Shown: positions 29,904-39,418 of the stretch, in pieces
Position numbering within the stretch: position 1 is the stretch's first letter
Layout of the letters: the number at the start of each line of letters is the position of its first letter
NCBI GenBank assembly: GCA_039683415.1
Contig: JBDKRL010000008.1
Span: forward strand, 527 to 64,526
Origin: Clostridiaceae bacterium
Lineage (GTDB): Bacteria > Bacillota > Clostridia > Christensenellales > CAG-138
Direction: 5' to 3'
DNA length: 64,000 bases
The notes under the pieces: model-generated
Told to the model about the DNA's origin: nothing
Database searches by the model: none
What the model saw: the letters and a program-made list of their open reading frames with translations, nothing else
Program-made: the position numbers and the translations under genes

Positions 29904-31013
29904 ATGGATAAAAAGAAGCTCAACCGCATCTTTCTCCTCTCGGCCGCGGGCGTTTTTCTCCTGCTCGGGGTCATTGGTACGGTGCGCGCGCTGCAGCCGG
30001 AAACGCAGGCAAGCGAGCTTGTCATCTTTACCCAGCCGGAAGCCGAGGTAATTGCTATTGAGCCTGCGGAGGTAGCGCCTTCGCCCTCGCCGGAACCGGT
30101 TTCCTATGAAGGCACGGTGACGCTTCTGGTGGATCGCGTCCCGGTGATGACGCTGGCTTCCGAACTGGAGGCCAAAAAGATGCTCTGGGAATACCTCTCC
30201 GTTTCGGCCGCTGCGCCGGAGGGGGAGCGGTTCGTTTCCGCCAGGTTCGACTGCGAACTGATTTTGACTCAGGGCGACGCCTACACTAAACCGCTGGAGG
30301 CTTTTCAGGCGCTGTCCATGCTCCAGAGCAACCCGGCCATCGTGCCGATCGAAGTGGTGACGCAGCGCATCGAATACAGCGAATCGAGTCCGGTAGTGCA
30401 GGAATCTACGGAAGGCGCGCTTCCCAAGGGCAGCCGGATCGTAACCCAGCTTGGCGCGGGCGCGGTGACGCAGACCGTAACCGAGGCGACCTACCGCGCG
30501 GGCGAGGCAGCCCAGCTCGGCACGCCGCTGACGGTAACGCTGCAGGAAGCGCGCGCCAGCATCCTGCGCACCGGCACGTACACGAAAAAAGACATCTCCG
30601 GCACCGCCCAGCGGCTGGAAGGCCCGGAGGGCAAGAGCGCAGGGGATCTCAAGCTTGCCTACCCGATGCGCGGGCAGGTCGTCAAATATTTCGGTTATAC
30701 CAACGGAGAGATGAACAACGGCCTCGACATCACCAACAAGGCCGGAACGGATATCACCGCGCCGGGTGAAGGATTGGTCGTGTACTGCGGCGAGCGCGGA
30801 GCCTACGGGTTTGTGGTCGATATCGACCATGGCAACGGGTTTGTGTCGCGGTTGACGCACTTAACCAACGTGCAGGTCGAAATGAACCAGCGCGTATTCA
30901 CGGGGGATTTGATCGGTTCTCTGGCGGAGGACGAGGACGGCGGCAAGCCGGTGTTCCACTATGAACTGATCATCGACGGAATCCCATATAACCCGCTGTA
31001 CTATATCAGTTAG
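29904..31013 (+). CDS. M23 family metallopeptidase-like protein, membrane anchored
   Basis: N-terminal TM; C-terminal NNGLDI...APGEG.V...YGFVVDIDHGNG..SRLTHL...FHYEL. Confidence 0.85.
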   Translation: MDKKKLNRIFLLSAAGVFLLLGVIGTVRALQPETQASELVIFTQPEAEVIAIEPAEVAPSPSPEPVSYEGTVTLLVDRVPVMTLASELEAKKMLWEYLSVSAAAPEGERFVSARFDCELILTQGDAYTKPLEAFQALSMLQSNPAIVPIEVVTQRIEYSESSPVVQESTEGALPKGSRIVTQLGAGAVTQTVTEATYRAGEAAQLGTPLTVTLQEARASILRTGTYTKKDISGTAQRLEGPEGKSAGDLKLAYPMRGQVVKYFGYTNGEMNNGLDITNKAGTDITAPGEGLVVYCGERGAYGFVVDIDHGNGFVSRLTHLTNVQVEMNQRVFTGDLIGSLAEDEDGGKPVFHYELIIDGIPYNPLYYIS

Positions 31014-31024
31014 AATTTTGTAAA

Positions 31025-31146
31025 GATGGGTTTCCAAAGGGCGTGCCCTTTGGGCGGGGGTTCGGGGGCAGAGCCCCTGAAATAAAATGAGAAATGGGGG
31101 CGAAGCCCCCGATATAGAATGAGAAACGGGGGTGGAACCCCCCGAA
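31025..31146. repeat. REP-like element (family 1) between convergent M23 and sigH genes
   Basis: GGGTTTCCAAAGGGCGTGCCCTTTGG plus three GGGG-N-CCCC hairpins. Confidence 0.8.
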
Positions 31147-31197
31147 TAAGAGCATAAAAAACAGCGGCTTGTGTGAGCCGCCGTTTGTGTTTTGGGG

Positions 31198-31812
31198 TTA
31201 TCCCGCGTTTTTCAAGTACTCTTCCAGCTTCTTTTTCACCCGTTGTATGGCGTTGTCCACGCACTTGGTGGACTTTTGCAGCGCGTCGGCAATCTGCTGA
31301 TACGAATACCCCAGCAGGTATAAATCCAGCGCGCCGCGTTCAAGCTTGCTCAGCGAATGCTCAATGCTGTCGGCAACGGCTTCGTAGCTCTCGCGGCCGA
31401 TGAGCACCTCCTCCGGGTCGCTGATCTGCGTGCTGGAGAGCACGTCGATCAGCGGGCGCTCGGTATCGCCTTCGTACACGGAGCGGTTGAGGGAGATATA
31501 GGTGTTGAGCGGAATGTGTTTTTTACGCGTTGCGCTCTTGATGGCGGTGATGATTTGGCGGGTGATGCAGAGCTCGGCAAACGCCCGAAAGGACGCCTGT
31601 TTATCGAACTGATAATCGCAAACCGCTTTGTACAGCCCGATCATGCCTTCCTGAATGATATCCTCGCGATCCGCGCCGATCAAAAAATACGTTCTCGCTT
31701 TGCTGCGGACTACCTGCTTATAACGCGCGTAGAGCATTTCCTCCGCGAGCGCGTCGCCGCCCCGATGCAGCGTTAAAAGCTGTTCGTCTGTCAGCAAATC
31801 GTAATGGTTCAT
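31198..31812 (-). CDS. sigH: RNA polymerase sigma factor SigH
   Basis: YFLIGADREDIIQEGMIGLYKA, AELCITRQIITAIKSATRKKHIPLNTYISL and DNAIQRVKKKL. Confidence 0.97.
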   Translation of the reverse strand: MNHYDLLTDEQLLTLHRGGDALAEEMLYARYKQVVRSKARTYFLIGADREDIIQEGMIGLYKAVCDYQFDKQASFRAFAELCITRQIITAIKSATRKKHIPLNTYISLNRSVYEGDTERPLIDVLSSTQISDPEEVLIGRESYEAVADSIEHSLSKLERGALDLYLLGYSYQQIADALQKSTKCVDNAIQRVKKKLEEYLKNAG

Positions 31813-33623
31813 TCCTGCCCCTGTGCGTCCTGACGTTTCTTTTCAAACATGAGCACGGCTGCGGCCACACCCGCGTTGAGCGAGCCGATTTTGCCGTACT
31901 GCGGGATGGCAACGAGGAAATCGCATTTCTCCGTCACGAGCTTGCCAATGCCTTCGCCTTCGCCGCCGATGACCAGCGCGAGCGGGCCGTTGAGACCCTG
32001 CTTTTCCATGGGGTTGCCCTTCATGTCCGCGCCCGCAACCCAGAGTTTGGCGCGTTTGAGTTCGTCGATGGCGGAGCCGATGTTAACCACGCGCGCAATT
32101 TTGATGTGCTCCGTTGCGCCAGCGCTCGCCTTGACGGTTGCGGAGGTGATGGAAGCGCTTCTGCGCTTGCCGATGATCACGCCGTGCGCGCCGACGCACT
32201 CCGCACTGCGGATGATGGAACCCATGTTGTGCGGGTCGAGGATGCCGTCGAGTACGATCACAAACGGTTCTTCGCCGCGCTCTCTGGCAACGGCAAGGAT
32301 ATCCGCAACGGTGCAGTACTCCACGCCCGCGGCATAGGCAACGATGCCCTGATGGTTGCCGGGCTTATCGCCATGGCCAAACGGCATGCAGATTTCGTCG
32401 AGATGATGTTTGTCCGTATCGCGAATCACCAGCGCGCGTTCTTTGGCCAGCGCGATGATTTCACGCAGGGAACCGTCCGGATCGCTCAATACTTCGATAC
32501 GGTCGATGCTGCGCCCGCTCTTGATCGCTTCCTTGACAGCGTTGCGACCAAGGATCAAGAATGGCAGTTCGTCCTGCTCGCGTGCGTCGTCCGGGAAGGT
32601 ATCGTTCTGGTCGTTGGCGCGAACGTCTTCGGGACGGCTGTCGTAAGCTTTGCGGAAAACGCCCCTGGGCTTATCGGCATAGGTGCGTTCGCCCTGCGGC
32701 TTGTCGCCGTAAGTGCGCTCACCCTGCGGCTTGTCGCCGTAAGGCTTGTTACCCTGATAGCCGCTTCCCTGCGGCCTGTCGCCGTAAGGCTTTCTTCCCT
32801 GATAGCCGCTTCCCTGCGGCCTGTCGCCGTAAGGCTTTCTTCCCTGATAGCCGCTGCCCTGCGGTCTGTCGCCGTAAGGCTTGCTGCCTTGATAGCCACC
32901 GCCAGCGGGCTTATCACCATAGGTGCGTTCACCCTGCGGCTTGTCGCCGTAAGGTTTGTTGCCCTGATAGCCACTGCCCTGCGGCCTGTCGCCGTAAGGC
33001 TTTCTTCCCTGATAGCCGCTGCCTTGCGGTCTGTCGCCGTAAGGTTTGCTGCCCTGATAACCGCCGCCAGCGGGCTTATCGCCATAGGTGCGTTCACCCT
33101 GCGGCTTATCGCCGTAAGGTTTGTTGCCCTGATAACCGCTGCCCTGCGGCCTGTCGCCGTAAGGCTTTCTTCCCTGATAGCCGCTGCCCTGCGGCCTGTC
33201 GCCATAAGGCTTGCTGCCCTGATAGCCGCTGCCAGCGGGCTTGTCGCCATAGGTGCGTTCGCCCTGCGGTCTGTCGCCGTAAGGCTTGCTGCCCTGATAG
33301 CCGCTGCCCTGCGGTCTGTCGCCGTAAGGCTTGCTGCCCTGATAGCCGCTGCCCTGCGGTCTGTCGCCGTAAGGTTTGCTGCCCTGATAGCCACTGCCTG
33401 CCGGCTTATCGCCGTAGGTCTTCTTGCCCTGATAACCGCCTGCGGGTTTGTCGCCGTAGGTCTTCTTGCCCTGATAACCGCCCGCGGGTTTGTCACCATA
33501 GGTCTTTTTACCTTGGTAGCCGCCCTTCCGCTCGCCGGAAGAGCTATTCCCACCCCGGTATTGCCCGCCGGTGGAACTTCCGCCGCGGTCGGGGCTGTAT
33601 TGTTGTTGTGTCATGGGGGTCAT
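31809..33623 (-). CDS. rlmB: 23S rRNA (guanosine2251-2'-O)-methyltransferase RlmB with a long N-terminal repeat extension (start may be 33614)
   Basis: GRNAV, HQGIVA, LDGILDPHNMGSIIRSAE, IGGEGEG and SLNAGVAAAVL motifs; mrnC-rlmB-sigH synteny. Confidence 0.95.
   Translation of the reverse strand: MTPMTQQQYSPDRGGSSTGGQYRGGNSSSGERKGGYQGKKTYGDKPAGGYQGKKTYGDKPAGGYQGKKTYGDKPAGSGYQGSKPYGDRPQGSGYQGSKPYGDRPQGSGYQGSKPYGDRPQGERTYGDKPAGSGYQGSKPYGDRPQGSGYQGRKPYGDRPQGSGYQGNKPYGDKPQGERTYGDKPAGGGYQGSKPYGDRPQGSGYQGRKPYGDRPQGSGYQGNKPYGDKPQGERTYGDKPAGGGYQGSKPYGDRPQGSGYQGRKPYGDRPQGSGYQGRKPYGDRPQGSGYQGNKPYGDKPQGERTYGDKPQGERTYADKPRGVFRKAYDSRPEDVRANDQNDTFPDDAREQDELPFLILGRNAVKEAIKSGRSIDRIEVLSDPDGSLREIIALAKERALVIRDTDKHHLDEICMPFGHGDKPGNHQGIVAYAAGVEYCTVADILAVARERGEEPFVIVLDGILDPHNMGSIIRSAECVGAHGVIIGKRRSASITSATVKASAGATEHIKIARVVNIGSAIDELKRAKLWVAGADMKGNPMEKQGLNGPLALVIGGEGEGIGKLVTEKCDFLVAIPQYGKIGSLNAGVAAAVLMFEKKRQDAQGQE
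32664..33524 (-). repeat. In-frame coding tandem repeats (42, 45 and 30 nt units) in rlmB
   Basis: 3x GGYQGKKTYGDKPA, 13x G(S/G)GYQG(S/R/N)KPYGD(R/K)PQ, 5x GERTY(G/A)DKP(A/Q/R). Confidence 0.95.
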
Positions 33624-33691
33624 TTCCTCGTTTCAAATCAAAATTGGGAATCCTGCCGCATTTCGCTCATGCGGAAAACCGGACGAACCGC

Positions 33692-34117
33692 TTATTTGGC
33701 GTCCGTCTTTAAGAAGTACTGCATGAGCTCGCTGAGCCGCGTGTCCGAACCCGTGAGAAACAGCCAGCCGATCAGCGCTTCCAAGCCCGTTGCGGTGTGG
33801 TAGTCCGCCGCTGAGGCATTTTTGGGCATGGTGCCACTGTGGGCATTGCGCCCGCGCTTGAAAATCGCTGTTTCTTCGGGGGTCAGCGCCTGCTCCATCC
33901 GCCGGTAAGCCGCCGCCTGTCCTGCCGCGCAAACCATGCGCGACGCGGCGAAGTGCAGCTCCCTTGGCGAGCGCGCGAATTCGTCCGTCAGGCAAATGCG
34001 CGCGTAAAGATCGCAAACAGTGTCCCCGATCAGCGCGAGCGTCAGCGGTGAAAGCTGCTTTGCGTCCGACGTGCGCGTAAAGGCGGACGCGGTTCGGATT
34101 TCTTCGATCATGGTCAT
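33692..34117 (-). CDS. mrnC: Mini-ribonuclease III
   Basis: LALIGDTV, AAGQA, KRGRNA and YHTATGLEALIGWL motifs. Confidence 0.93.
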   Translation of the reverse strand: MTMIEEIRTASAFTRTSDAKQLSPLTLALIGDTVCDLYARICLTDEFARSPRELHFAASRMVCAAGQAAAYRRMEQALTPEETAIFKRGRNAHSGTMPKNASAADYHTATGLEALIGWLFLTGSDTRLSELMQYFLKTDAK

Positions 34118-34125
34118 ACAAAGTA

Positions 34126-34154
34126 ATTATATCTGTTCACCGGAAACAAAGCAA
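34126..34154 (-). promoter_or_regulatory. sigmaA promoter of mrnC-rlmB-sigH, probably leaderless
   Basis: TTGCTT-N17-TATAAT, 8 nt before the ATG. Confidence 0.7.
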
Positions 34155-34231
34155 ACGAATCCTCATTTGTCGCGTAAAACGGGCAAAAACAGCGCGCCGG
34201 AACTATTCCGGCGCGCTGTTTGTTCGCCAAA

Positions 34232-34290
34232 GTGGGTTTCCAAAGGGCGTGCCCTTTGGCGGGAGCTCGAGGGCAGAGCCCTCGAAGCCC
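34232..34290. repeat. REP-like element (family 1) at the htpG 3' end
   Basis: GGGTTTCCAAAGGGCGTGCCCTTTGGCGGGAGCTCGAGGGCAGAGCCCTCGA. Confidence 0.8.
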
Positions 34291-34292
34291 CT

Positions 34293-36173
34293 TTACACCA
34301 TCAGTTCGCAGATGCTGTTGGAAAACGCCACCGGATCCTCTATGGGCAGGCCTTCGATGAGCAGCGCCTGATCGTAGAGCAGGTTTGCGTACTTACCCAC
34401 GCGCGGGTCGTCCGCGCCGAGCCCGGAGAGCGCGCCAAACACAGGATGGGAAGGATTGATCTCCAGCACGCGTTCGGCCTTGATCGAACCGTCCGAAACC
34501 GGCATGGCGGCAAGCACCTTCTCCATCTCGATGGAGAGCGGGCCGTCACTGGTGAGGCAGACGGGCGAACTCTTGAGCTTATCGCTCAGGCGCACGTCCT
34601 TGACCTTGTCGCCAAGAGCTGCTTTGAGCGCGGAGAGCAGATCCTGGTGCGTCTTCTGCGCTTCCTCGGCGGCCTTCTTTTCCTCTTCGGAAACGAGGTC
34701 GAGCCCCGCGTCCGAAACCGACTGGAACGGCTTTTCCATAAACATGCCGAGCATACGGACGGCAAACTCGTCCACGTCGTCCGTCATGCAGAGGATGTCG
34801 TATCCCTGCTCGCGGACGCGCTCGGTCTGCGGCAGCTTCATGGCGCGCTGCACGCTTTCTGCGGACACGTAATAGATGTTCTTTTGCCCCTCAGTCATGT
34901 GCTCGACATACTCTTTGAGGGTAACGAGCTTATCCTCGGCGGCGGAGTGGAAGAGGATCAGGTCGGAGAGAAATTCCTTATTCGCGCCGTAGTCAGCGTA
35001 CAGGCCGTATTTAATCGGCAGCCGGAAGCTCTTGTAGAACGTTTCGTACTTTTCGCGGTCGCTTTCGAGCAGTTTCAGAAGCTCGCTCTTGATGCGCTTT
35101 TTGAGCGTCAGGGCGATGGTCTTGAGCTGGCGGTCGTGTTGCAGTAGTTCGCGGGAGATGTTGAGCGACAGATCGCTGGAATCCACCAGCCCGGCCACGA
35201 ACCCGAAATAGTCCGGCAGGAGGTCGGCGCATTTTTCCATAATGAGCACGCCGCTGGAATAGAGCTGCAAGCCGCGCTGATATTCTTTTGCGTAAAAGTC
35301 GAACGGCGCGTTTTTCGGGATATAGAGCAGCGCGTCGTAGCTGACCACGCCTTCTCCGCTGAAGTGGATGGTCAAAAGCGGGTCTTCGTAGTCGCGGAAC
35401 TTATCTTTATAGAAAGCGCTGTATTCTTCGGGCTTGATTTCGGCCTTGGACTTCTTCCAAAGCGGGATCAAACTATTGAGCGTTTCGTCCTCGATGACGG
35501 TTTCGTATTCGCCTTCCTTGCCGTCCTTTGCGTGGGTGTGCTCCATCTGCATGCGGATGGGGTAGCGGATATAGTCTGAATACTGTTTGACCAGCGAGGC
35601 AATCGTGTGCTGCGAAAGGAAACGGTCGAAGTTTTCGTCGTCCGTCTTCGGCTTGATGGCGAGGGTGACTACTGTTCCGCACTCCGCTTTTTCCGCGGGG
35701 GAGAGGGTGTAGCCTTCGCGTCCGTCTGATTCCCAGAGCCAGGCTTCCTCGCTGCCGTAGGCGCGGGAAAGCACGGTGACGTGATCCGCGACCATAAACG
35801 AGGAATAGAACCCGACGCCGAACTGACCGATGATATCCACCGCGTCGCCGGTATCATGTTCCTTTTTAAAGGCGAGCGTGCCGCTTTTGGCAATGGTGCC
35901 GAGGTTTTCGTCCAGTTCCGTTTTGGTCATGCCGATGCCGTTGTCGGTAATGGAAATCGTTCGCGCCTTGGCGTCGAGCGCCAGACGGATTTCGAAGTCC
36001 GCGCGGGCTTTGCCGACTTTGTCGTCGGTCAGCGAGAGAAAGTAGAGCTTATCGATGGCGTCGCTCGCGTTGCTGATCAACTCCCGCAAAAAAATTTCCT
36101 TGTGGGTGTAGATGGAGTCGATCATCAAATCGAGAATCCGCCGCGATTCCGCCTTGAATTGTTTTTTCGCCAT
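34293..36173 (-). CDS. htpG: Molecular chaperone HtpG (Hsp90)
   Basis: IFLRELISNASDAIDK, DNGIGM, IGQFGVGFYS and LNISRELLQ motifs. Confidence 0.98.
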   Translation of the reverse strand: MAKKQFKAESRRILDLMIDSIYTHKEIFLRELISNASDAIDKLYFLSLTDDKVGKARADFEIRLALDAKARTISITDNGIGMTKTELDENLGTIAKSGTLAFKKEHDTGDAVDIIGQFGVGFYSSFMVADHVTVLSRAYGSEEAWLWESDGREGYTLSPAEKAECGTVVTLAIKPKTDDENFDRFLSQHTIASLVKQYSDYIRYPIRMQMEHTHAKDGKEGEYETVIEDETLNSLIPLWKKSKAEIKPEEYSAFYKDKFRDYEDPLLTIHFSGEGVVSYDALLYIPKNAPFDFYAKEYQRGLQLYSSGVLIMEKCADLLPDYFGFVAGLVDSSDLSLNISRELLQHDRQLKTIALTLKKRIKSELLKLLESDREKYETFYKSFRLPIKYGLYADYGANKEFLSDLILFHSAAEDKLVTLKEYVEHMTEGQKNIYYVSAESVQRAMKLPQTERVREQGYDILCMTDDVDEFAVRMLGMFMEKPFQSVSDAGLDLVSEEEKKAAEEAQKTHQDLLSALKAALGDKVKDVRLSDKLKSSPVCLTSDGPLSIEMEKVLAAMPVSDGSIKAERVLEINPSHPVFGALSGLGADDPRVGKYANLLYDQALLIEGLPIEDPVAFSNSICELMV

Positions 36174-36206
36174 GGAAGTGCGCCTCCGGTTCGATATTGA
36201 TCAATA

Positions 36207-36233
36207 TTAGCACTCTAAATGAAAGAGTGCTAA
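36207..36233. promoter_or_regulatory. CIRCE operator (HrcA binding site)
   Basis: Perfect TTAGCACTC-N9-GAGTGCTAA. Confidence 0.96.
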
Positions 36234-36236
36234 TAC

Positions 36237-36265
36237 AGCATAGTACATTGATACGCTGTTTTCAA
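36237..36265 (-). promoter_or_regulatory. sigmaA promoter of htpG
   Basis: TTGAAA-N17-TATGCT immediately upstream of CIRCE. Confidence 0.75.
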
Positions 36266-36373
36266 GCGGATTGGCGCGCTTCCACAAACTTTTCACAATC
36301 TTCTGATTTTTTCCAAAGAAAAACGTGCGGGGCGCTTTGTCCTCGCACGTTGTTATGCTTTATTTTAAAAAGT

Positions 36374-36428
36374 GTGGGGTTTCCAAAGGGGCGTACGCCC
36401 CTTTGGCCTCCGGAGGACGTTTCCCCAA
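36374..36428. repeat. REP-like element (family 1) at the ftsH 3' end
   Basis: GGGGTTTCCAAAGGGGCGTACGCCCCTTTGG. Confidence 0.7.
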
Positions 36429-36430
36429 AC

Positions 36431-38290
36431 CTATGCATTCAGCAGCGGCGCCTTGGGTTCCGGCAGGCCGCGCAGAAGCGAAAGGAACTCCTCGCCGGTA
36501 ATGGTTTCGCGCTCCAGCAGATACGCCGCGAGCTTATGCAGCGCGCCTTCGTTGTCCCGCAGAATTTTCAGCGCCCGCTGATGCGCGGCTTCCACGATGG
36601 AGACGATTTCCGCATCCACCTTGGCGGCGGTGTCGGAAGAACAGGTCAGCGAATTTTCTCCGCCGAGATAGGGGTTGGACGACTGGCATTCGAGGGCGAC
36701 CATTCCGAATGTGCCGCTCATGCCGTAACGCACGACCATGGCGCGGGCAATGCGCGTTGCCTGCTCGATATCGTTGCTTGCTCCGGTGGTGATGGTGCCG
36801 AACACGATCTCCTCCGCGGCGCGTCCGCCGGTAAGGGTGGCGATCTTGTTTTCGGCTTCCTCCTTGGTCATCAGATAGTGTTCGGACTCGTCCACCTGCA
36901 TCGTGTAGCCCAAAGCGCCGGAGGTGCGTGGGATGATGGTAATTTTATGTACCGGCGCGGACTCCGTCTGCTTGGCGGCAACCAGCGCGTGGCCGATTTC
37001 GTGGTAAGCCACAATGCGCTTCTCCTTGGGGGAGATGACCGCGTTTTTGCGCGCATAGCCTGCAATGACGATCTCGACGCTCTCTTCCAAATCGCTTTGC
37101 TCGACGATTTCCCGTTTTAAGCGGACGGCGCGGAGCGCGGCTTCGTTGATGATGTTGGCAAGGTCGGCGCCGGAAGCGCCGCTGGTTGCGCGGGCGATGG
37201 CTTCAAAGTCCACGTTGGGGTCGATCTTGACGCCGCGCGCGTGGACGCGGAGGATTTCCGTCCGGCCTTTGAGGTCGGGCAGCTCCACGTGGATGCGGCG
37301 GTCGAAACGGCCGGGGCGCAGCAGCGCGGGATCGAGCGAGTCCGGTCGGTTGGTGGCGGCGAGGATCACGACGCCTTTGCGCGCGTCAAAACCGTCCATC
37401 TCGGTGAGGAGCTGGTTGAGGGTTTGCTCGCGCTCGTCGTTGCTGCCAAGCCCGTTGTCGCGGCGCTTGCCGATGGTGTCGATTTCGTCGATAAACACGA
37501 TGCACGGCGCTTTCTGCTCGGCCTGCGAAAAGAGGTCGCGTACCTTGGCCGCGCCCATGCCGACGAACATCTCCACAAACTCCGAACCGGAGATGCTGAA
37601 AAACGGCACGTTTGCTTCGCCTGCAACGGCTTTTGCCAAGAGCGTTTTGCCCGTACCAGGAGGGCCTACCAGCAGAGCGCCTTTGGGGAGCTTTGCGCCG
37701 ATATCGGCATAGCGCGTGGGGTTGTGTAAAAAGTCCACGATTTCGAGCAGGGCTTCCTTGGCTTCGTCCTGACCCGCCACGTCCTCAAATGTTTTGCCGG
37801 TCTGTGCCTCCACATAGATCTTGGCGTTGGCTTTGCCAAAGGAAAGCGCGTTGCCAATGCCGCCGGGCATGCCGTTTTGCATGCGCTTCATCATAAAGCG
37901 CCCGACCCACACGAATAGCAGGATCGGCAGCACCCAGCTGATGAGGAAGCTGAGCAGCGGCGAAGCCTGCGTCGGGATACTGGCGGAGAATTCCACGCCG
38001 GCTTTGCTCAGGCGGTCGACCAGCGTTTCGTCCGGCCAGATGCCGGTTTTGTAATACTGCGTTTCACCGTTTTCCTCGGTGGTAAAGGTGATGGTGCCAG
38101 CGGTTTCATCCCGCGCGACTTCTTTGATTGTTCCGCTCTCCACCATGGTGAGAAATTCGTTGTAGCCAACTTCCTTCACTTCGGCCTGCAGCAGCTCGGG
38201 AAACACCAGCGCGTTGAGCAGCAGCAGCATAATAGCGGCGATCACGGCATAGTAGATGATCGGCCGTTTGGAAGGGGTATGTTCTTTCAT
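36431..38290 (-). CDS. ftsH: ATP-dependent zinc metalloprotease FtsH
   Basis: Two TM segments, [20 protein letters not shown] and HEIGH motifs. Confidence 0.97.
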   Translation of the reverse strand: MKEHTPSKRPIIYYAVIAAIMLLLLNALVFPELLQAEVKEVGYNEFLTMVESGTIKEVARDETAGTITFTTEENGETQYYKTGIWPDETLVDRLSKAGVEFSASIPTQASPLLSFLISWVLPILLFVWVGRFMMKRMQNGMPGGIGNALSFGKANAKIYVEAQTGKTFEDVAGQDEAKEALLEIVDFLHNPTRYADIGAKLPKGALLVGPPGTGKTLLAKAVAGEANVPFFSISGSEFVEMFVGMGAAKVRDLFSQAEQKAPCIVFIDEIDTIGKRRDNGLGSNDEREQTLNQLLTEMDGFDARKGVVILAATNRPDSLDPALLRPGRFDRRIHVELPDLKGRTEILRVHARGVKIDPNVDFEAIARATSGASGADLANIINEAALRAVRLKREIVEQSDLEESVEIVIAGYARKNAVISPKEKRIVAYHEIGHALVAAKQTESAPVHKITIIPRTSGALGYTMQVDESEHYLMTKEEAENKIATLTGGRAAEEIVFGTITTGASNDIEQATRIARAMVVRYGMSGTFGMVALECQSSNPYLGGENSLTCSSDTAAKVDAEIVSIVEAAHQRALKILRDNEGALHKLAAYLLERETITGEEFLSLLRGLPEPKAPLLNA

Positions 38291-38373
38291 AAATCCGATG
38301 TCCTTTCAGGCAGGCGCCGCTTTGTAGCGTTTGAAAACGGCGTATAAACAATGAAACCTTGTTGATCAAGCGC

Positions 38374-38955
38374 TTATGCTTCTTCGTTGACGGCGGAAGC
38401 GCCAAGCAGAATCATCTTCTCGGTCAGCTCCGCCATCTCGGCAGGGGTTTCGCGCATGCCGCGCTTAAACCACTCGCGGATGATGCCGATGCAGCCGGAC
38501 GCCATGAACGAAAAATAATAATCGAACTGCTCGGAACTGAACTTGCGCTCCTGCAGCCAGTATTCTAAAACGCGGTCGCGGATCAGGCCGATAATTTTGT
38601 TGACGAACGTGATATCCCCGTTTCCACCCAAAAAGGCCGCGCAGAGATCCGCATTATCCGAAAAGAAGTTGTACAGATCGAGCAGCATGGGCAGGGGTTT
38701 ATTCTGAATTTCACGCGGCGGGTGCGCGGAAACCAGAGCTTCGAACTCGGCGAACACTTCCTGTTCCACCTGGTCGACCATATCGTAGATATCCCTGTAG
38801 TGCAGGTAAAACGTGCAGCGGTTGATGTCTACCAGTTGCGCAAGCTCGCGGACGGTGATGTCCTTGATCGGCTTTTGGCGCATCAACTGGGTCAACCCCG
38901 CGCGCAGCTGCATACGCGTTTTTCTTACGCGCCGGTCCATTTTTTTCGATTCCAA
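38374..38955 (-). CDS. TetR/AcrR family transcriptional regulator
   Basis: DRRVRKT...ITVRELAQLVDINRCTFYLHY HTH. Confidence 0.92.
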   Translation of the reverse strand: MESKKMDRRVRKTRMQLRAGLTQLMRQKPIKDITVRELAQLVDINRCTFYLHYRDIYDMVDQVEQEVFAEFEALVSAHPPREIQNKPLPMLLDLYNFFSDNADLCAAFLGGNGDITFVNKIIGLIRDRVLEYWLQERKFSSEQFDYYFSFMASGCIGIIREWFKRGMRETPAEMAELTEKMILLGASAVNEEA

Positions 38956-38996
38956 AATGCAACGCCCCCTGTTTATGAATTTAGTTTGATTTTGAA

Positions 38997-39099
38997 ATAA
39001 ACCGCCGAGCCGGGCGGCAAAAACATGGCTGAACAGGTTCTTTCAACGATAAACCGCCGAGCCGGGCGGCAAAAACATGGCTGAACAGGTTCTTTCAAC
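38997..39099. repeat. Exact 51-bp direct repeat (period 52) upstream of tetR
   Basis: ATAAACCGCCGAGCCGGGCGGCAAAAACATGGCTGAACAGGTTCTTTCAAC occurs twice. Confidence 0.9.
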
Positions 39100-39418
39100 T
39101 GGGTTCAATATACCCTATTCCGGATGATAAATCAACAGAACGAAGTGAATCTGGTGTTAACGCAACGTGAACTTGGGGACACGAAAAAGACAAATTCGGA
39201 GTGGCTCCGGTGCTGCCGCAGCACGGCGCGAACCCGCGCAAAGAAAGAAGCGGCTGCGTTGCGGCAATCGGTGCCAGCGGGGTATCGGCGCGCGGGGAAT
39301 ATCCTTCAAGCAGACGGGAACGTCAGCGCTTTTGTTTTGAGAATGCAGCGCGGTTTTATCGGGCGCATCGGGAATATGATTCAACGCATAAGTATGGTAG
39401 AATGACGGCGGAGGGTTA

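Noticed and set aside
32664-33524. Possible CRISPR or satellite array
   Set aside because: Unit lengths are multiples of three, there are no unique spacers, and the tract is in frame with rlmB, so it is a coding repeat.
32555-33712. Alternative-frame repetitive ORFs over rlmB (332 aa on the minus strand, 383 aa and 565 aa on the plus strand)
   Set aside because: They are by-products of a stop-free tandem repeat; only the frame continuous with the RlmB catalytic core is supported.
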